In this document: one piece after another, positions 32,124 to 42,209 of the stretch
Numbering within the stretch: position 1 is the first letter of the stretch
Layout: the number at the start of each line of letters is the position of its first letter
Source of the DNA: Pirellulales bacterium
Lineage (GTDB): Bacteria; Planctomycetota; Planctomycetia; Pirellulales; PALSA-1355
Direction of reading: 5' to 3'
Assembly (NCBI GenBank): GCA_963733035.1
Contig: CAVTBU010000009.1
Location: 96,001 to 160,000, forward strand
DNA length: 64,000 nt
The notes under the pieces: generated by a model
What the model saw: the letters and a program-made list of their open reading frames with translations, nothing else
Database searches by the model: none
Told to the model about the DNA's origin: nothing
Position numbers and translations under genes: made by a program

Positions 32124-34454
32124 ATGAGAGCGACGCCGAAACGTTCTGCGCGACGGGCACATACAACACGTCGTTCACTATTCGTCGAGCCTTTGGAAGA
32201 GCGGCGATTGTTAGCGGCGGCAAGCCCGGTTGGCGACACGCCTTGGCACAACTCCACCTATCGACTTGACGTCAATAATGACTCGACGATCTCGCCGAGT
32301 GATCTGCTGGTCATTGTCAACAAGATTCTGAAGGATGGTTACGGCGAACTTCCCACTTCGCCGCCAGATCCCGTCGAGTTTTATTACGACACGACAGGCG
32401 ACAATCGGCTTACGGCAGGCGATTTGCTCGCGGTCATCAACGGCATTCTCACGCCACCGGAAGTGAGCATCACGACCGTCACGCCGTTCACGATTGATCT
32501 GACGCCGCAAGTCACTGTCACCACGACGCCGCGGGGCACCGCCACGCTGCCCGACGGAACTCCGGTCGAGATCGACGTCGACCTCAACAACGACGGCGAC
32601 TTTGCCGACCCGGGCGAACGAAGCCAAACGCAATCGACCCTATATCAAGGGCAGGCGACCTTTGACCTGAATCCCGGGCTCTCGGCCACGCCCGACTTGT
32701 ATGATGTCAAGCTTCGAGCCCGCGTCCAGAATTCGGACGCCGTGCCCGGAACATCGGCCGGGCTGACGTTGGGGGTAGACAACCGCACGTCCGACGCACT
32801 GCAGAACTACGTTAATGCGCCCGACGATTCATATACCTACAGCCTATACAGCCCGGACGACCTCACCAGCAGCGAGTACACCTATTACGTGCTCAAAATG
32901 ACCAGCCAGACGTGGCGGTCGACTGCCGATGTCAATGACCCAGTGTGGGACCACTGGATCGGTGTGTACGTGCCGAACAGCCCAATCAACAACACCGCAC
33001 TGATGGCAATTGACGGGGGAAGCAATACCAACGGTCCTCCGTCCAATTTGCCGGACACATTAGGCGCATTCGCCGTGCTCAGCGGGACCGTGGTATTTGA
33101 TTTGACGACCGTTCCCAACGAACCCGTCACCTTCACCGACGAGACGTTCTCGCGCAGCGAGGACGAAATCATCGCCTACACATTCGACAAATACATGCAG
33201 CACCTTGGTGAGCCAGGCAACGAGACCTGGCCCTTGTTGCTGCCGATGGTCAAGAGCGCTGTCCGCGCAATGGACACGATTCAGACCTTCATTCCCATCA
33301 TACGACCCGGCTCGACGATCGACGACTTTGTGGTATTCGGCGGCTCGAAGCGCGGCTGGACAACCTGGCTCACGGCGGCCGTCGACGATCGCGTTGCGGC
33401 GATCATGCCCGGCGTGATCGACTTGCTCAACATCGCACCGCAGATGGTGCACCACTACGCTGCTTACGGAAGCTTTTCCCCAGCAATCGAGGATTATGAG
33501 AATCTGCATATTTTCGATCGGTTGCTGACCGACGCCGGACGCGACTTGTTCCGAATCGTCGATCCCTATCGATATCTGAACAATGGACGCTTTGACAACA
33601 TGCCCAAGTTGCTCGTCAATTCGTCGGGCGATGAATTCTTTGTTTCCGACTCGGGGCAATTCTATATCCACGATCTGCCGGGCAACTTGAATCGTCTCCG
33701 CTATGTTCCCAATACGGGACACGGGCTCGAGGACACGGCCATTTTCAATAGCATCGTCAGTTTTTACGGAGCTTTTCTGCTCGGTCTTCCATTGCCCCAG
33801 TACTCCTGGACGGTTGAGCAGAACGGCGAAATCCATGTGCAAACGACGGCCTTTCAGCCGCCGAGCCAAGTGTTGCTCTGGCAGGCGACCAATCCGATAG
33901 CGCGGGACTTCCGCCACTATCTGACTGGCGACATCTGGACATCAACTCCGCTGGTGGACCAAGGGGGTGGAACCTACGTGGGCGACGTGCCGATGCCGGC
34001 ATCGGGGGCTACCGCCTATTTTGTCGAACTGACCTTCCCGTTCCCCACGTCGGGAATTCCGCCCTACGTTTTCACCACCGAAATTCACGTGAAGTCCACA
34101 TTGCCGCTTTATCCGTGGCCGTTCGATTCGGTGTCCGCGGATGCAACTCCATTGGTCGATCCATTGGTCGCAATGGCGGTGGGCAGCGGCGCGGTTCTAT
34201 TGCAGGACCCAACTCTGAATGCAGTTGCAAGCGCCCTGGCGCTCGACCAGGAATCGTTCGATGGCCTGGACGAAGCCGACGTCGCCTCGCTGCCGGTGGT
34301 GCCTGTGGCGGCATACGTTGCCAACCCGACGGTTCGTTCCGCGATTCCCCTCGATGCAAAGAACCCGCCCGATGCCCCCGGAGTCGCGGAGGACGAAGTT
34401 GATGAATTTTCTGGTTTCTTGCTTGACGACGCGCTGCTAGAACTGTTGGCGTAG
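32124..34454 (+). CDS. Dockerin + PqaA-family alpha/beta hydrolase, paralog 2
   Basis: GAGGAGG then ATG 32124; SLFVEPLEERRLLAA, dockerin-like repeats, GGSKRGWTTW, GDEFF and PNTGH. Confidence 0.88.
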   Translation: MRATPKRSARRAHTTRRSLFVEPLEERRLLAAASPVGDTPWHNSTYRLDVNNDSTISPSDLLVIVNKILKDGYGELPTSPPDPVEFYYDTTGDNRLTAGDLLAVINGILTPPEVSITTVTPFTIDLTPQVTVTTTPRGTATLPDGTPVEIDVDLNNDGDFADPGERSQTQSTLYQGQATFDLNPGLSATPDLYDVKLRARVQNSDAVPGTSAGLTLGVDNRTSDALQNYVNAPDDSYTYSLYSPDDLTSSEYTYYVLKMTSQTWRSTADVNDPVWDHWIGVYVPNSPINNTALMAIDGGSNTNGPPSNLPDTLGAFAVLSGTVVFDLTTVPNEPVTFTDETFSRSEDEIIAYTFDKYMQHLGEPGNETWPLLLPMVKSAVRAMDTIQTFIPIIRPGSTIDDFVVFGGSKRGWTTWLTAAVDDRVAAIMPGVIDLLNIAPQMVHHYAAYGSFSPAIEDYENLHIFDRLLTDAGRDLFRIVDPYRYLNNGRFDNMPKLLVNSSGDEFFVSDSGQFYIHDLPGNLNRLRYVPNTGHGLEDTAIFNSIVSFYGAFLLGLPLPQYSWTVEQNGEIHVQTTAFQPPSQVLLWQATNPIARDFRHYLTGDIWTSTPLVDQGGGTYVGDVPMPASGATAYFVELTFPFPTSGIPPYVFTTEIHVKSTLPLYPWPFDSVSADATPLVDPLVAMAVGSGAVLLQDPTLNAVASALALDQESFDGLDEADVASLPVVPVAAYVANPTVRSAIPLDAKNPPDAPGVAEDEVDEFSGFLLDDALLELLA

Positions 34455-34511
34455 CGACGGCGAAACCAGACAAATCTGTGCGGTCACCCGACAACCACGA
34501 GGAAATGGCCG

Positions 34512-36884
34512 ATGAAGGCGGTACCGATGCGTGCAGCGCGACGGGCGCGAACGGTGAGTCGCTCGTTGAACGTGGAGATGCTCGAAGAGCGCCGGCTACT
34601 TGCCGCGGCAAGTCCGCTGGCCGACGTCGCGGAAACGCCGTGGCACAACGGCACCTACCGGCTCGATGTCAATAATGACTCGTCCGTCACGACGGACGAT
34701 TTGTTGGCAATCGTCAACAAGGTCTTGCGCGACGGTTACGGCGAGTTGCCCAGCACTCCGCCCGATCCGGTAACGTTGTACTACGACACGACCGGCGACA
34801 ACCGCCTCACGGCGAGCGATTTGATTAGCGTCATCAACGGCATTTTGGCGCCGCCGGAAGTGACCCTCTCCATGTTCACGCCGTTCACGGTGGACCTGAC
34901 GCCCGAGGTGACGGTCGTGGCGACGCCGCAGGGCAATGCCACGCTGCCCGACGGGACGCCGGTCGATCTTGACGTTGATCTGAACAACGACGGCGACTTC
35001 AACGATCTCGGTGAACGCTCACAAACCGAATCGGTACTTTATCAGGGACAGGCCCGCTTTAGCCTCAACCCCGGACTGCTGCCAACGCCGGATTTGTACG
35101 ACGTCCGACTGCGGGCCCGCGTGCGCAATTCCGAGGCCGTCGAAGGCGCGTCGACTCCGCTGACGCTCCAGGTCGACAATCGGACGTCCAGCGCCCTGAA
35201 AGACTACGTGAACGCGCCGAGCACGTTTTCGTGGGAGGAGCAGGCACCGCCGAAATATGGGACCAGCGCGACACCGTACGCCTACTACGTGCTGCAGATG
35301 ACCAGCCAGGTGTGGCGCAGCGCGGCCGACGTGAATTTGCCCGAGTGGCACCACTGGATGGAAATCTACGTGCCGACCGACGATGTGGGAAATGTTGTCG
35401 CGGTTAATTCCACGTCGTTGTTGTTCATCCGGGGAGGGAGCAACACCAGCAATGCACCCAATCAGCCCGACGCGACCATGGCGCAAATCGCCACCGAAAC
35501 GCAGTCGGTCGTGACCGTGCTGCGCGACGTGCCGAGCGAACCGCTCATTTTCACGGATGAAACGCAACCCCGCGAGGAAGACGAGATCATCTCCTACACG
35601 CTCGACAAATACCTGGGTCACATCGGCGATCCGGGGAACGAGACGTGGCCGCTGCTGTTGCCAATGGTCAAAAGCGCTGTCCGCGCGATGGATACCGTGC
35701 AGACATTCATCACATATCTCGACGAGAATCAGCACATTGACAACTTCTTCGTCTCGGGCGAGTCCAAACGGGGCTGGACCACCTGGTTGACCGCGGCCAC
35801 CGACGACCGCGTCCGCGGCATCATACCGGGCGTGTTCGACAACTTGGATCAGGCCGCGCAGATGGTCAACCACTACGGCGTGCTGGGCAAATTTTCCGAA
35901 GAAGTGCGCGACTACACGAACTTTCAAATCTTCGAACGCATCCTGACACCCGAGGCCCAACTTCTGGGCAAAATCGTCGACCCCTACAGCTATCTGCGCA
36001 ACGGCCGCTTCGACAACATGCCCAAGCTGATTCTGAACTCGGCGGGCGATGAGTTTTTCGTGCCGGATTCCTCGCGGTTCTACTTTCAGGACTTGCCCGG
36101 CGATCAGAACTATCTGCGGTACATACCCAATACGGGTCATGGACTGGACGAACGCGCCGTCAGCAGCCGGCGGACGTTTTACGACGCGATTCTCAATGAT
36201 CGGCCGCTCCCCAAGTATTCCTGGACGGTCGATCAGGACGGCTCGATCCACGTGCAGACCGATACTCAGCCGCTGGAAGTGCGGCTCTGGCAGGCGACCA
36301 ATCCCGTCGCGCGAGACTTTCGCCACGGCTACAACCCAAGTGTCATCTGGACGTCAACGCTGCTGGACTCAACCACGCCAGGAAGCTACACCTATGTGGG
36401 GAATGTCGACACGCCGCCCAGTGGCGCCACCGCCTACCTCGTCGAATTGACGTTCCCCAACTCCGTGCCGGGTGCCGACCCCTACGTCTTCACGACTGAA
36501 GCAAGAATCAAGAGTCCAATTCCGCTGGCCGCCTGGCCTTACGCAACCGGACTCGTTGCCGATCCGTCGGCGACCGCCCTGGTCGAAAGCGAAGTGGCAA
36601 GTCCCGCCACGACCCCGTCCGTCGCAACTGACGAAGGATCACGCAATGCTGTCGCCGTGGCGCTGGGGCAAACAACCTCTAGTACGGTAGCTTTTCAGGC
36701 GGCCGCAAACCCGTTCGTCGACTTACCCGCTGCTCCCGTCAGCTCAACCGTGAGCATGTCACCCAGCATGCTATTGGAAGTTCCCAGCGGCGACGAAAGT
36801 TTGGCGATTGAGCCCAACGCCGGTCCCGACGCGAACCTCGTCGACCATTTGCTCGACTCGACGCTCGACGAACTATTGGCCTAA
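34512..36884 (+). CDS. Dockerin + PqaA-family alpha/beta hydrolase, paralog 3
   Basis: SLNVEMLEERRLLAA, dockerin-like repeats, GESKRGWTTW, GDEFF and PNTGH. Confidence 0.88.
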   Translation: MKAVPMRAARRARTVSRSLNVEMLEERRLLAAASPLADVAETPWHNGTYRLDVNNDSSVTTDDLLAIVNKVLRDGYGELPSTPPDPVTLYYDTTGDNRLTASDLISVINGILAPPEVTLSMFTPFTVDLTPEVTVVATPQGNATLPDGTPVDLDVDLNNDGDFNDLGERSQTESVLYQGQARFSLNPGLLPTPDLYDVRLRARVRNSEAVEGASTPLTLQVDNRTSSALKDYVNAPSTFSWEEQAPPKYGTSATPYAYYVLQMTSQVWRSAADVNLPEWHHWMEIYVPTDDVGNVVAVNSTSLLFIRGGSNTSNAPNQPDATMAQIATETQSVVTVLRDVPSEPLIFTDETQPREEDEIISYTLDKYLGHIGDPGNETWPLLLPMVKSAVRAMDTVQTFITYLDENQHIDNFFVSGESKRGWTTWLTAATDDRVRGIIPGVFDNLDQAAQMVNHYGVLGKFSEEVRDYTNFQIFERILTPEAQLLGKIVDPYSYLRNGRFDNMPKLILNSAGDEFFVPDSSRFYFQDLPGDQNYLRYIPNTGHGLDERAVSSRRTFYDAILNDRPLPKYSWTVDQDGSIHVQTDTQPLEVRLWQATNPVARDFRHGYNPSVIWTSTLLDSTTPGSYTYVGNVDTPPSGATAYLVELTFPNSVPGADPYVFTTEARIKSPIPLAAWPYATGLVADPSATALVESEVASPATTPSVATDEGSRNAVAVALGQTTSSTVAFQAAANPFVDLPAAPVSSTVSMSPSMLLEVPSGDESLAIEPNAGPDANLVDHLLDSTLDELLA

Positions 36885-36901
36885 GCTGCCAATCTGGCCG
36901 C

Positions 36902-37943
36902 TCAGCCGCCAACGGGGATGGCAAAGTTGCCTTGCAGGTCGTGCCACACGGTATGGACGTGATTGGCCGGATTGCCGGCCGAATCGGGCTGGGTGTTGTT
37001 GAACTCGATCAGGAACGACTTGCCCTGGACGCGGTAGTCGTGTCCGATGCCGGGCTTGTCCGCGCCCGCCCAGCAGAACGTCACGCCGTCGATGCCGTTG
37101 GATTCGATCTTCGCCAGACGCGCGGCCGCGACGTCGGCCGGCAGATTGTGGGCGTAGGTCGCGATCAGTTTTTGCAACGTTGCCAACTGCTCGGACGACA
37201 TTTCGCTGGCGGGCAGACCGACCGCGGACGAAATGGGAGGCGACGCTTTGCCAGCGTCACGTACGTCGTTGGGAGCCTTGTCCGCCACGACGGCTTTCTT
37301 GCGCTGCTCGTCATTCAACGAGTGCAATAGGTCGAACGCCAATTGCTCCTCGTCGGCCAGCACGCGCAGTCCTTTTTTGAACTGCGGCCCGTAGTCGGCC
37401 TGCAGCGTCGCCGGATTGGCGCCAAAGAACGTGGGCGTCGAGGAGACCACCTGATTGCCGTCGACCACGAAGTTGAGCGAGAGGTGATGTCCCTCGACGC
37501 TCAATCCCCAGCGGCTATCGGACGATGGCTTGCCAAACAGCGTAAAGTAATACCGTTCGGTGTCGCGAATCATCCCATTCACACGGCTTTTCTCCAACTC
37601 GTGAAGAATCGCTTCCAGCTGCATGATTTTGGTGGCCTTTTCATAGCCGACCGCACTGAGCGCGCTGTGCAGCAGTTCGAACGCGGCCTTACGCTGGCCG
37701 GGCTCCATGTCCTTCACCTGCAGCCCCTTGCGCGAGGGCTTGGGAATGTAGTGCCAATCGGTTCGCGCCGGGCCATCGTACGGGAGCAACGTTTGGCTGC
37801 GTTGGTTGGCGGACAACATATCGACAAATCGCTCGGCAGCGGCAGTCATCTCCGTGCCGCTGGAGGCCGGCTTGAAGCGCGGCACCCAGCGCGATGACAA
37901 GCACGAGGAGAATGACCGGCAGACGAAGTTTCAATTGACGCAT
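36902..37943 (-). CDS. DUF3500 domain protein, frameshifted in the signal-peptide region (about 37880)
   Basis: WHYIP..RKGL, LSAVGYEK, YYFTLFGKP, WGLSVEGHHLSLNF, PTFFGANP and NHVHTVWHD motifs. The signal peptide MRQLKLRLPVILLVLVIALG is in another frame. Confidence 0.82.
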
Positions 37944-38059
37944 GGCAATCGCTCTGTCGTTAACGAGGTTGGCGGGCAGGTTAGGCGCGACGGCATCAGT
38001 ATAACCGAACGCGCGGCTCGATTCCCAGCCGTGGGGAATCGCGGCGATTTGGCGTGAAA

Positions 38060-38666
38060 TCAACGCTCGTGATTATCCGCTCGAAGGTCACCGCGATGGT
38101 GGCCACCGTCGAAGTGCAGATGCACGTTGGGCAGAGCTTCGCCCAAGGCCGTCATCCCTGCTTCGGTGCCCCGTGTACCATCCAGATACAAGGAACGCAG
38201 GCTCGGCACGTCATGTAGGTGCGCAAGTCCGACGTCTGTAAGCGGGGCGTCGATCAGGTGCAAATGTTCCAGCTCATCGAGATTCCGAAGGGCGACGATT
38301 CCATCGTCCGTGAGCTGCGCTGGCCAGGCGGAGCTGCTGAAGGTGTTTCATCGCCGCGATTTGTGCGAGTCCAGCATCAGTAATCGTTGTGCGCGAAAGG
38401 TTGATCCGCCGGAGCTTGTCTTCGAGCCCGGCCAGGTGCCGCAGGTCGTCGTCGGTGACAAGCTGGTCGTCCACGCGAATCTGCTCGGACTTCCCGTCGC
38501 GAACCGCTTCGGCCTGCTCGGCGAAGCTCGGATCGGCGGAAACGCCTACCGGCTGCGGCGGCATCTCGGTCGCTGGTTCCACGCAAGAGGAAAGACCCAC
38601 GCAGAGCAGCAAGCAGCCCAGACCGGACCAGCGCGAGGCCACAAAACATTGTGCGACGATTGGCAT
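38060..38666 (-). CDS. Leucine-rich-repeat protein, probable lipoprotein, frameshifted near 38315
   Basis: LLLCVGLSSC lipobox-like; LRR units LRRINLSRTTITDAGL and LQQLRLAS, continuing in another frame as LEHLHLIDAPLTDVGL and LRSLYLDGT. Confidence 0.75.
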
Positions 38667-38674
38667 GAGAATCC

Positions 38675-39160
38675 TCAGGTGCGGCAACTGGGGCAAGCCA
38701 TCACGTAGCGGGTCATGCCGCGGCGCACTTGCCGAAGCGTCATGACGGCGCCGCAGCGCGGGCAGTATTCCGCTGGACCACTCGATTCGCCACGGTCGCT
38801 CTTTGCCTGACACGCCACGCACAGTTCGGCACGGGGAAAGATTTCCAGTCGCTCAGGGGGGATCGGCTGGTCGCAGGCGGCGCACTTGCGGGCCATGCCC
38901 CATTCTTCATCGTTGGTCTCGTCCTCGGCGGCGGTCGCCGTCAGGCCGATCGCCTGGCACTTGGGACAAGTTAATCGCGTTGTCGCGGCCCGGAGCAACT
39001 CGGGCAGATGTTCCGCCTCGGGCGCGGCATCTCGGCGAACCATGCCAGCGGTGCGCAGCCAGTTGAGCATCTGCGTCGGACCGCACAGCGTGCTCCATTC
39101 GCACTCTTGGCAAGCTAGTTGAATCCACTCAGCCACACGATCCTCCGCTGGGGGCATCAT
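38675..39160 (-). CDS. TraR/DksA C4-type zinc finger protein with extra zinc ribbons
   Basis: CAACDQPIPPERLEIFPRAELCVACQ plus CQEC, CPKC, CPRC and CPSC. Confidence 0.8.
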   Translation of the reverse strand: MMPPAEDRVAEWIQLACQECEWSTLCGPTQMLNWLRTAGMVRRDAAPEAEHLPELLRAATTRLTCPKCQAIGLTATAAEDETNDEEWGMARKCAACDQPIPPERLEIFPRAELCVACQAKSDRGESSGPAEYCPRCGAVMTLRQVRRGMTRYVMACPSCRT

Positions 39161-39274
39161 TTGCCGCGCGCGGCCGAACTGCGAGCCGTTGGCGGAGTCG
39201 CGGCGCGACAATTATACTCCTGGTTGCGGCACTGCGTCAGGCCGGCCGGACCAACCACCAGGAGCAACTTTGCG

Positions 39275-40159
39275 ATGAGCTTCCCCCGACGAACCTTCTT
39301 GGAATCGGCCCTCGTGCTGGCCGGCGGCGCTGCGTTTTCGACGACGGCCGCCGCCGCGAAGGATGACGACCACTCGCAGCTCGGCAAAACGCCGCATACG
39401 AAATTCGCCGTCAACGTGGAGATGTGGTGGCGAAAGCTGCCGTTCATCGAGCGGATCAAGCAGGCGGCGGCGCTCGGGTTTCCGGCGATTGAGTTTTGGC
39501 CCTACGAAGGGAAGAAGCTCGACGAGGTCACTCGCACCTGCCAGGACTTGAACCTGGCGATCGCTCAGTTTACCGCCTGGGGATTCGTACCGGGCATGAA
39601 CGATCCGAAGAATCACGATCGGTTGGTCAAGAAGATCACCGAAGCCTGCAAGGTCGCCAAGCAGATCAATTGCCCGTTGATGACCGTCGTCGGCGGCAAT
39701 GACCAGCCGGGCATGACGCAGGCCGAGATGCACGAGAACATCATCAAGGGGCTCAAACTCGTGGCCCCGATCGCCGAGGACAACGAAATCATGTTGATCC
39801 TCGAGCCGATGAACATTCGCGTCGATCACAAGGGGCATTGCCTGTACGGCTCGCCCGACGCCGTGCGGATTTGCCGCGAGGTGAATTCGCCGATGGTGAA
39901 GATCAATTGGGATCTTTATCACATGCAACTCAGCGAAGGAGACCTGTGCGGACGACTGAAAGACGGCTTCGATCAGGTTGGCTATCTGCAATTGGCCGAT
40001 ACCCCTGGCCGGCACGAACCGGGCACCGGCGAGATTCACTATCCGCGCGTGCTGCGGCAGGCATACGAACTGGGCTATCGCGGCTACGTGGGCCTGGAAT
40101 GCAATCCGACCGAGGAACTGGCAGCCGCGAAAGCGGTCGCCCAGGCGGACGTGTGGTGA
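39275..40159 (+). CDS. Hydroxypyruvate isomerase-like TIM-barrel protein with Tat signal
   Basis: PRRTFL twin-arginine; GFPAIEFW, LEPMN..VDH, WDLYHMQ, ADTPGRHEPGTGEI and VGLE motifs. Confidence 0.9.
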   Translation: MSFPRRTFLESALVLAGGAAFSTTAAAAKDDDHSQLGKTPHTKFAVNVEMWWRKLPFIERIKQAAALGFPAIEFWPYEGKKLDEVTRTCQDLNLAIAQFTAWGFVPGMNDPKNHDRLVKKITEACKVAKQINCPLMTVVGGNDQPGMTQAEMHENIIKGLKLVAPIAEDNEIMLILEPMNIRVDHKGHCLYGSPDAVRICREVNSPMVKINWDLYHMQLSEGDLCGRLKDGFDQVGYLQLADTPGRHEPGTGEIHYPRVLRQAYELGYRGYVGLECNPTEELAAAKAVAQADVW

Positions 40160-40336
40160 GGGCGTGGTCGAGTTGGCGTCCGATTGAGAAGGGGCTCCAA
40201 CGATTCTGATTCGTTTCGCGAGCACGTTCGTTCGCCGACGTCGACTCCCAATGTTTTGGGCTCCCGAAGGGGCAACTGTAAGCAATTAAAAACAGGATGT
40301 TGATAAAAAACCACCAAGGGCACAAAGGACGAATTG

Positions 40337-40388
40337 AAAACAAAAAAACCAAAACGCCAGCGCGCAAGGGTGCGCACGGCGTTTGGTT
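40337..40388 (-). terminator. Hairpin with flanking A-tract (terminator-like for a minus-strand transcript, or bidirectional)
   Basis: aaaacaaaaaAACCAAAACGCCaGCGCGC-aagg-GTGCGCacGGCGTTTGGTT. Confidence 0.45.
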
Positions 40389-40959
40389 GGACGCTTTTTA
40401 AAAACAGAAGCGTGTCGTGCTCGGTTGAGCCGGGATTGGACTTTGAAAGTGGTTAATGGTTGGTCACTCCTCGGCCATCGACCGAGCGGCGCGACACGCG
40501 GCATGCAGCACGAAGCACTCGTTTTACCAGTACGTCAAGTGACGGCGGCTTCCGCCACCGCCAAGCCAGGCTAAAAAACCTTCGTGCGGCAAAGACAGCC
40601 AGACCTGCCGCGCAAGAGCAGCGCCGTGGTACCCCGGCGCCGTCGTATTGCGGCAAGCGGCGAACATGTGGACGCAAGCGAACCCCGTAATCCTCGTGCC
40701 GCCGAAACGTGTCGGCGGGGATGGGCAGGTTCCAAAGACAAGACAACCAAGGTCCCAGGCTTGTTGCTCGTCCACACGTCGCAGGCCATCCGACCGCGGG
40801 TGAGTATGCCGCAGGTGCTGGCCCGATTTCAAGCAGCTATTTTTGTTCGCTCGTCGCAGCGGCACTCCCGTTCTTCGCATTAACCGCTCTGGTTGGCGTA
40901 CCTGTCGCGGCTCGAATAGACTTGGCCTGTACGCACATCCCCGTATTCGGAGCCCTGGC

Positions 40960-42093
40960 ATGCAACACCCTTTCAGTCGCCGCGGTTGGCATCGCCTGAT
41001 CGTCTTCGCGATCGCGCAGGTTCTCTGGATCGCAGGATCTGGCTTACTGCTGGCCGAAGAAGAACCGGTGCGGCGCTATCTGTACGTCGCGGTGCCGGGA
41101 GTGCGAGACTACCTGGAATACGGCGGTCACGGGTTGCTGGTATTCGATATCGACCACGACTACCAGTTCGTCAAACGCATTCGCACTGCTGGTCTGAGCC
41201 ACAAGGGCAAGCCGCTCAACGTCAAAGGCATTTGCGGCTCCGAGGTAACCGGCCGGCTGTACATCAGCACGATCAAGCAACTGATGTGCCTGGACATCGA
41301 AGCCGACACGATTCGCTGGGAGCGACCCTACCTGGCCGGCTGCGACAGGATGTCGATCACGCCGGACGGCCAGACGATTTACTTACCATCGTTGGAAGGT
41401 CCCATTTGGTACGTGGTCAGTGCGACCGAGGGACACGTGCTGCGGGAGATCCGGCGCGACTCTGGAGCACACAACACCATCGTCGGACTGTCGGGCAAAT
41501 TCGCCTATCTGGCCGGATTGCGGTCGCCCCTGTTGAGCGTTGTCAGCACGGCAGACGACAGCGTGCGGACGGTCGGCCCGTTTGGCAACAGCATTCGGCC
41601 GTTCACGATAAACGGCCGCGAAACGCGGTGCTACGTCAACGTCAACGATTTGCTCGGCTTCGAGATCGGCAACGTCCAGACCGGCGAGCGGCTGCATCGC
41701 GTGGAGGTCGCAGGGTTCGAAAAAGGACCCGTCAAACGGCACGGTTGCCCCAGCCACGGCGTGGGACTGACGCCCGACGAGCGAGAGGTGTGGGTTACCG
41801 ACGCCCATAACCGCCGGATGCACGTCTTCGACAACACGGTCGAACCGCCGAAGCAAGTGGCCAGCATCGAACTGCGCGACGAGCCGGGCTGGATCACATT
41901 CAGCCTCGACGGACGCCATTGCTGGCCCTCGACGGGCGACGTGGTCGATACGCAAACGCGGCAAATTGTTGCTCGACTGACCGACGAACAGGGCCGCGCC
42001 GTGCAGAGCGAAAAGATGATTGAAGTGCACTTGCAGGGGGGCAAGCCGGTGCGGCTGGGGAATCAGTTTGGAATTGGGCGGGTGGTGGATTAG
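40960..42093 (+). CDS. YncE/YVTN-like beta-propeller protein, secreted
   Basis: Signal peptide; repeated blades ITPDGQTIY, LSGKFAY, LTPDEREVWV and FSLDGRHCW. Confidence 0.8.
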   Translation: MQHPFSRRGWHRLIVFAIAQVLWIAGSGLLLAEEEPVRRYLYVAVPGVRDYLEYGGHGLLVFDIDHDYQFVKRIRTAGLSHKGKPLNVKGICGSEVTGRLYISTIKQLMCLDIEADTIRWERPYLAGCDRMSITPDGQTIYLPSLEGPIWYVVSATEGHVLREIRRDSGAHNTIVGLSGKFAYLAGLRSPLLSVVSTADDSVRTVGPFGNSIRPFTINGRETRCYVNVNDLLGFEIGNVQTGERLHRVEVAGFEKGPVKRHGCPSHGVGLTPDEREVWVTDAHNRRMHVFDNTVEPPKQVASIELRDEPGWITFSLDGRHCWPSTGDVVDTQTRQIVARLTDEQGRAVQSEKMIEVHLQGGKPVRLGNQFGIGRVVD

Positions 42094-42209
42094 CAGGGAG
42101 GCGGTTAGCCAATTTCCACGGTACTGGCCCCCTCCATCTTGCTCGATTACACTAAAGGCTCTCGCCAACCTTCTACCCGCCCGCATTGTTTCACAGGAGA
42201 GAGCTCCCC

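Noticed and set aside
29636..36884. Long DNA-level repeats as a mobile element or assembly duplication
   Set aside because: The copies are diverged in-frame paralogs with many synonymous and non-synonymous differences; no transposase or terminal repeats.
40160..40960. tRNA, tmRNA, SRP or RNase P RNA
   Set aside because: No cloverleaf/CCA end, no GAGGAAAGTCC and no SRP GGAA-loop signature was found.
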